From positions 128,001 through 192,000 of the forward strand of contig CAVVMW010000001.1 of the NCBI GenBank assembly GCA_963749495.1: a DNA stretch of 64,000 nt. Direction: 5' to 3'. The translations under genes were made by a program, and so were the position numbers. Source of the DNA: an uncultured bacterium. Its GTDB lineage: Bacteria > Verrucomicrobiota > Verrucomicrobiia > Limisphaerales > UBA8199. The notes beneath the pieces were generated by a model that was not told where the DNA came from, searched no databases, and worked only from the letters and a program-made list of their open reading frames with translations. Shown here piece by piece: positions 60,350 to 64,000 of this stretch (the first letter of the stretch is position 1; every line of letters starts with the position of its first letter).

Positions 60350-61870
60350 TCAACGCGTCTGTCCATCCACGCCCGGCGGCGGTTGCTCGTAAGCGTACTG
60401 GTCGTCATCCTTGACCTCCTTCTTCAGACGGTAGAGTTCGGCCTTGAGCCGGGCGGCCAGTTCTTTGTGCGCCGGGTCATCATAGAGGTTATGGAGTTCA
60501 TCGGGGTCCTTGACGAGGTCATAGAGCTCCCACTGGTCTTTCTTCCAGAAGCAGATGAGCTTGTGGGTCATCGTGCGCACGCCGTAATGCGCGCGGGTGT
60601 TGTGGTCGCCGGGGTCGTGGTAATAGCGGTAGTAGTAGCTGGTTCGCCAATCGGCGGGAGGTTCCCCTTTGAGCAGCGGCGCCAGGCTGCGGCCCTGCAT
60701 GTCGTCCGGGGTCTTGAGCCCCGCAAGGTCGAGGAACGTCGGCGCAAAATCGGTATTGATGGCCATGGCGTCCTGCACCAGGCCCGGCCTGGCCACGCCC
60801 GGCCAGCGGACAATGAAGGGCATGCGCACCGAGGCCTCGTACATGAACCGTTTGTCGTAGAGGCCGTGGTCGCCCAGGAAGAAGCCCTGGTCGCTGGTGT
60901 AAATGACCACGGTGTTCGAGGCCAGGCCATTGCGGTCCAGCCAATCGAGCAGGCGGCCGACGTTGTCATCGATGGACTGCACGCAGGCCAGGTAATCCTG
61001 GAGGTAACGCTGGTATTTCCAGGCGTTGAGGGCGTCGCCCGTGAGGGTCCGGGTGCGGCCGTCGAGCTGGATTTGGACTTCGGTGGGTTTGACGTTAAGC
61101 CACTGGTTGCGTGCCTGGCCGCTCAAATCAGGCGGGGGCTCCAGCTTGAGGTCGCGCCGGGTGAGGTCCTCGAAGACCTTCTGACGGCACTCGCGGATGG
61201 CATCGGTGCGCGTGGCGTAATCGTCGCGCAAGGTCGGCGGTTCCGGGATCGAAGTGCCGACGAACAGAGCGCGGTGAGGCGGGTCCGGGTCCCAGGGCCG
61301 GTGCGGGGCCTTGTGGTGGCACATGAGAAAGAACGGCTTGTCCGCGGGCCGGTTCTTGAGGAAATCGATGGCCAGGTCGGTGATGATGTCCGTGACATAG
61401 CCGGGGATGACGCGGCGGCCATTGGGCGTGAGGAAGGCCGGGTCAAAATAGACGCCCTGGCCCGGGAGAATGATCCAATGGTCGAACCCGGTCGGTTCGC
61501 TGCCCAGGTGCCATTTGCCGATCATCCCGGTGTAATAGCCCGCCGTTTGCAGGTACTTGGCGGCGGTGGGCTGGGAGCCGTCGAACCGGTTGAAGGTCGG
61601 CACGCCGTTGAGGTGGCTGTATTTGCCGGTGAGGATCGTGGCCCGGCTGGGCGAGCAGATCGAATTGACGCAAAAACAGTTGGCGAAACGGACCCCATCA
61701 TGGGCCAGGCGATCGAGGTTGGGCGTCCGGTTGACCCGGCTGCCGTAGGCGCTGATGGCGTGCGCCGCGTGATCGTCGCTCATGATGAAAAGTATGTTCG
61801 GCCGGCCCTGCGCTCCCGCCGCGGCCAAGGTTCCCATCACGACTGCCGCCCCAATCCATGGAGTTCTCAC
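60350..61870 (-). CDS. Sulfatase (S1); start uncertain
   Basis: RPNILFIMSDDH, CSPSRATILTG, GKWHL, SDQG, DKR, ELYDL..DP.EL. Confidence 0.92.
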   Translation of the reverse strand: MRTPWIGAAVVMGTLAAAGAQGRPNILFIMSDDHAAHAISAYGSRVNRTPNLDRLAHDGVRFANCFCVNSICSPSRATILTGKYSHLNGVPTFNRFDGSQPTAAKYLQTAGYYTGMIGKWHLGSEPTGFDHWIILPGQGVYFDPAFLTPNGRRVIPGYVTDIITDLAIDFLKNRPADKPFFLMCHHKAPHRPWDPDPPHRALFVGTSIPEPPTLRDDYATRTDAIRECRQKVFEDLTRRDLKLEPPPDLSGQARNQWLNVKPTEVQIQLDGRTRTLTGDALNAWKYQRYLQDYLACVQSIDDNVGRLLDWLDRNGLASNTVVIYTSDQGFFLGDHGLYDKRFMYEASVRMPFIVRWPGVARPGLVQDAMAINTDFAPTFLDLAGLKTPDDMQGRSLAPLLKGEPPADWRTSYYYRYYHDPGDHNTRAHYGVRTMTHKLICFWKKDQWELYDLVKDPDELHNLYDDPAHKELAARLKAELYRLKKEVKDDDQYAYEQPPPGVDGQTR

Positions 61871-62015
61871 GCCGGCAATTCTGCGCAAAATCCCCAGCGG
61901 GGCAAAGCCGAAATGAGCCCCGGAGGAGGCAGAATCATTGGTGGCAAAATCATGAGAAGAGACTTGATTCCACGGGTCCCTATCCGGCAGCCTTGGCGCG
62001 AACATCGAACTTTCT

Positions 62016-63370
62016 ATGAATAGCTGGACACGACGAGATTTCACCAAGAGCGTGATTTTGGCCGGGGCGACAACCGCGCTTGGGGCGGTGCGGGCGGCGG
62101 GGGCGAACGAGCGAGTGCGGCTGGGGTGTATCGGTTTGGGCAATCGCGGGGACCAAGTCCTGGATGCCTTCCTCAAGCACCCGGATGCCGAGGTGGTGGC
62201 GGTGAGCGACCTCTCGCAGGCCTACATGGACTTTGCCGCCAAAAAGGCGGGGACTTCGCCCCGGCAATTCAAGGATTACCGGGAGTTGCTCGAGGTGAAG
62301 GCGATGGACGCGGTGGTGATAGCGACGCCGGACCACTGGCACGCGCTCCAGACCATCCAGGCCTGCCAGGCGGGCAAGGACGTGTATGTCGAGAAGCCCC
62401 TTTCGTTGTGCGTGGCCGAAGGACGGCGGATGGTCGAGGCAGTGCGCGCTCATGGCCGGGTCTGCCAGGTGGGCATCCATCGGCGCTCGGTGCCGGTCTG
62501 CCAAGAGGCCACAGAGTTTGTGCGCCAGGGCGGGTTGGGCAAAATCACGGCGGCGCGCGCGTTTCATATCCACAACGAATGGCCGGCCGGCATCGGCAAT
62601 CCACCGGACCAGGAGCCGCCGGCAGACCTGGACTGGGATGCCTGGCTGGGCCCGGCGCCCAAGACGCGCTACAACAAGAACCGCACCTTCTACCGCTTCC
62701 GTTGGTTCTACGACTATAGCGGCGGCCAGGTGACCAACTTCGGCGTACACTATATCGATTTCATCCAATGGGCGCTGGGGGCCGAGGCGCCGCTCTCGGT
62801 CACCGCCCTGGGCGGCAAGCCCGCCGGGATGAAGGACAACCGCCAGATCCCCGACACCCTCGAGGCCATCTGGCAATATCCGGGCGGCACCCTGGTCACC
62901 TTCTCCCAGTTCAATGCCACCGCAGCCCAGTGGAGCCTGCCGGGCTGCGAACTCGAACTGCGCGGCACCCTCGGCACCCTTTACCTCGTCGGCGACGGCT
63001 ACGAGGTCAGGCCCGACCCGATCTCAGAGGATGAATTCCCGGCGAACTCCCCGCTGACCCGGCAGAGCGACTCGCGCTACCGCAGAGACGCCAAACCGCG
63101 GATCGAGCCAGGAAAATCCACGTCTCCTCCACCGCCGACACCGCCCCTCATGCGCGGAATTTCCTGGATTGCGTCAAGAGCCGGGCCCGCTGCAACTGCG
63201 ACATCGAGATTGGCCATCGGAGCACCAGCGCCACGTTGCTGGCCAATATCGCCCTCAAGACGCGCAACGTCCTGGATTGGGACTCGCAGGCCGAGCAGTT
63301 CCCCAACTGTGCCGAGGCCAACAAACTCCTCAAATACGACTACCGCCCCCCGTACCGCTTTCCGGAGTAG
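62016..63370 (+). CDS. Tat-exported Gfo/Idh/MocA oxidoreductase (frameshift near 63120)
   Basis: TRRDF, IGLGNRG, ATPDHWH, YVEKP, WLGPAP; C-terminus [12 protein letters not shown]...YRPPYRFPE is in a shifted frame. Confidence 0.88.
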
Positions 63371-63452
63371 AACCTGCACAACGCGCTGCGGAAATGCCTT
63401 TTGGGCATGGCGTCTGACGCGTCAGACAAGTGCCAGCGTGGCCGTCGTCGCG

Positions 63453-63656
63453 GCCCGACGGGCCGCCAGAGCCTAGCCCAGGGCTGAGGCCGTCAGGCCG
63501 ATGCCCTGGGTTTCGTTGCAGAGGCGGACCCGGCGCCCTGAAGGGGCGCGAGAGTCTTGCGCCCTTTCAGGGCGCGATTGATTTCCGCGGCCCTGTACCC
63601 AGGGCATCGGCCTGACGGCCTCAGCCCTGGGCTGGGCTCTGACGGCCCCTTGGGCC
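63453..63656. repeat. REP-like inverted repeat
   Basis: GCCCAGGGCTGAGGCCGTCAGGCCGATGCCCTGGG...CCCAGGGCATCGGCCTGACGGCCTCAGCCCTGGGC. Confidence 0.85.
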
Positions 63657-63676
63657 TGCACTTCAGCCTTTAGCCT

Positions 63677-64000
63677 TCAGCCTTTCCCTCTCTGCGCCGC
63701 CTGGCGGACATGGGGCGGCCAGGGTGTCCCAGCCAGAGCGTCGTAGAGGGCCTGAGCCTCGGTCGGGCGGCCGGCATTGAGCAGGCGCTCGGCGCAGGTC
63801 AGGGCGGCATCGGCTGCCGCGGCCCGAAGGGGTTCGGGCGCCTTCGGGCAGAACTCGACCAGGGCCGCGCCCGCCTCGACTGAGCCGATATTGCCAAGGG
63901 CGGCGGCGGCGGCGCCGGCGATGGCCGGGTCCGAATCCTTGAGGAGCGGTATCAACGCGCCGGCGCTTTGCGCATCAGGGCGATTGCCCAGCGAGTTGAT
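63677..64000 (-). CDS. HEAT-repeat protein, C-terminal part
   Basis: LIPLLKDSDPAIAGAAAAALGNIG; frame runs off the window end. Confidence 0.7.
   Translation of the reverse strand: MNSLGNRPDAQSAGALIPLLKDSDPAIAGAAAAALGNIGSVEAGAALVEFCPKAPEPLRAAAADAALTCAERLLNAGRPTEAQALYDALAGTPWPPHVRQAAQRGKG

Overview
GC-rich bacterial window, most likely Verrucomicrobiota or another PVC lineage (inferred from DUF1501/DUF1549-type genes, a C-terminal 'RFYRV' sorting tail and dense REP/MITE-like repeats). The backbone carries lnt, mutS, thrC, moaA, peptidases, a two-component system, a GH2, a sulfatase and an ABC sugar-binding protein. There are two accessory regions. (1) About 2.6-8.2 kb: a decayed tRNA-3'-end-targeted island with integrase and resolvase remnants, a low-GC membrane/Zn-ribbon gene and several PIN toxin-antitoxin cassettes. 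(2) About 23.5-33.4 kb: a type I-G (I-U) cas3-csx17-csb1-csb2 operon with no cas1/cas2/cas4 and no normal array in the window. The main finding lies upstream of cas3: a single-spacer mini-array whose spacer matches a site about 840 bp away at nt 1-5, 7-11 and 13-17, mismatched only at the every-sixth positions, next to a TTC PAM. That site lies just upstream of the -35 box of a near-consensus sigma70 promoter (TTGACA-17-TACTTT, extended TG) pointing at a small, motif-rearranged kinase-like gene and the mini-array itself. This is a candidate Cascade-repressed protein-toxin or feedback circuit (CreTA-like) in a type I-G system. Other recurring patterns are PIN toxins collapsed by internal deletions beside intact antitoxins, cassettes bracketed by duplicated gene ends, and 7-mer repeats inserted in frame in lnt. 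Many single-base frameshifts suggest long-read consensus errors. All family calls come from motif recognition by eye; no searches were run.
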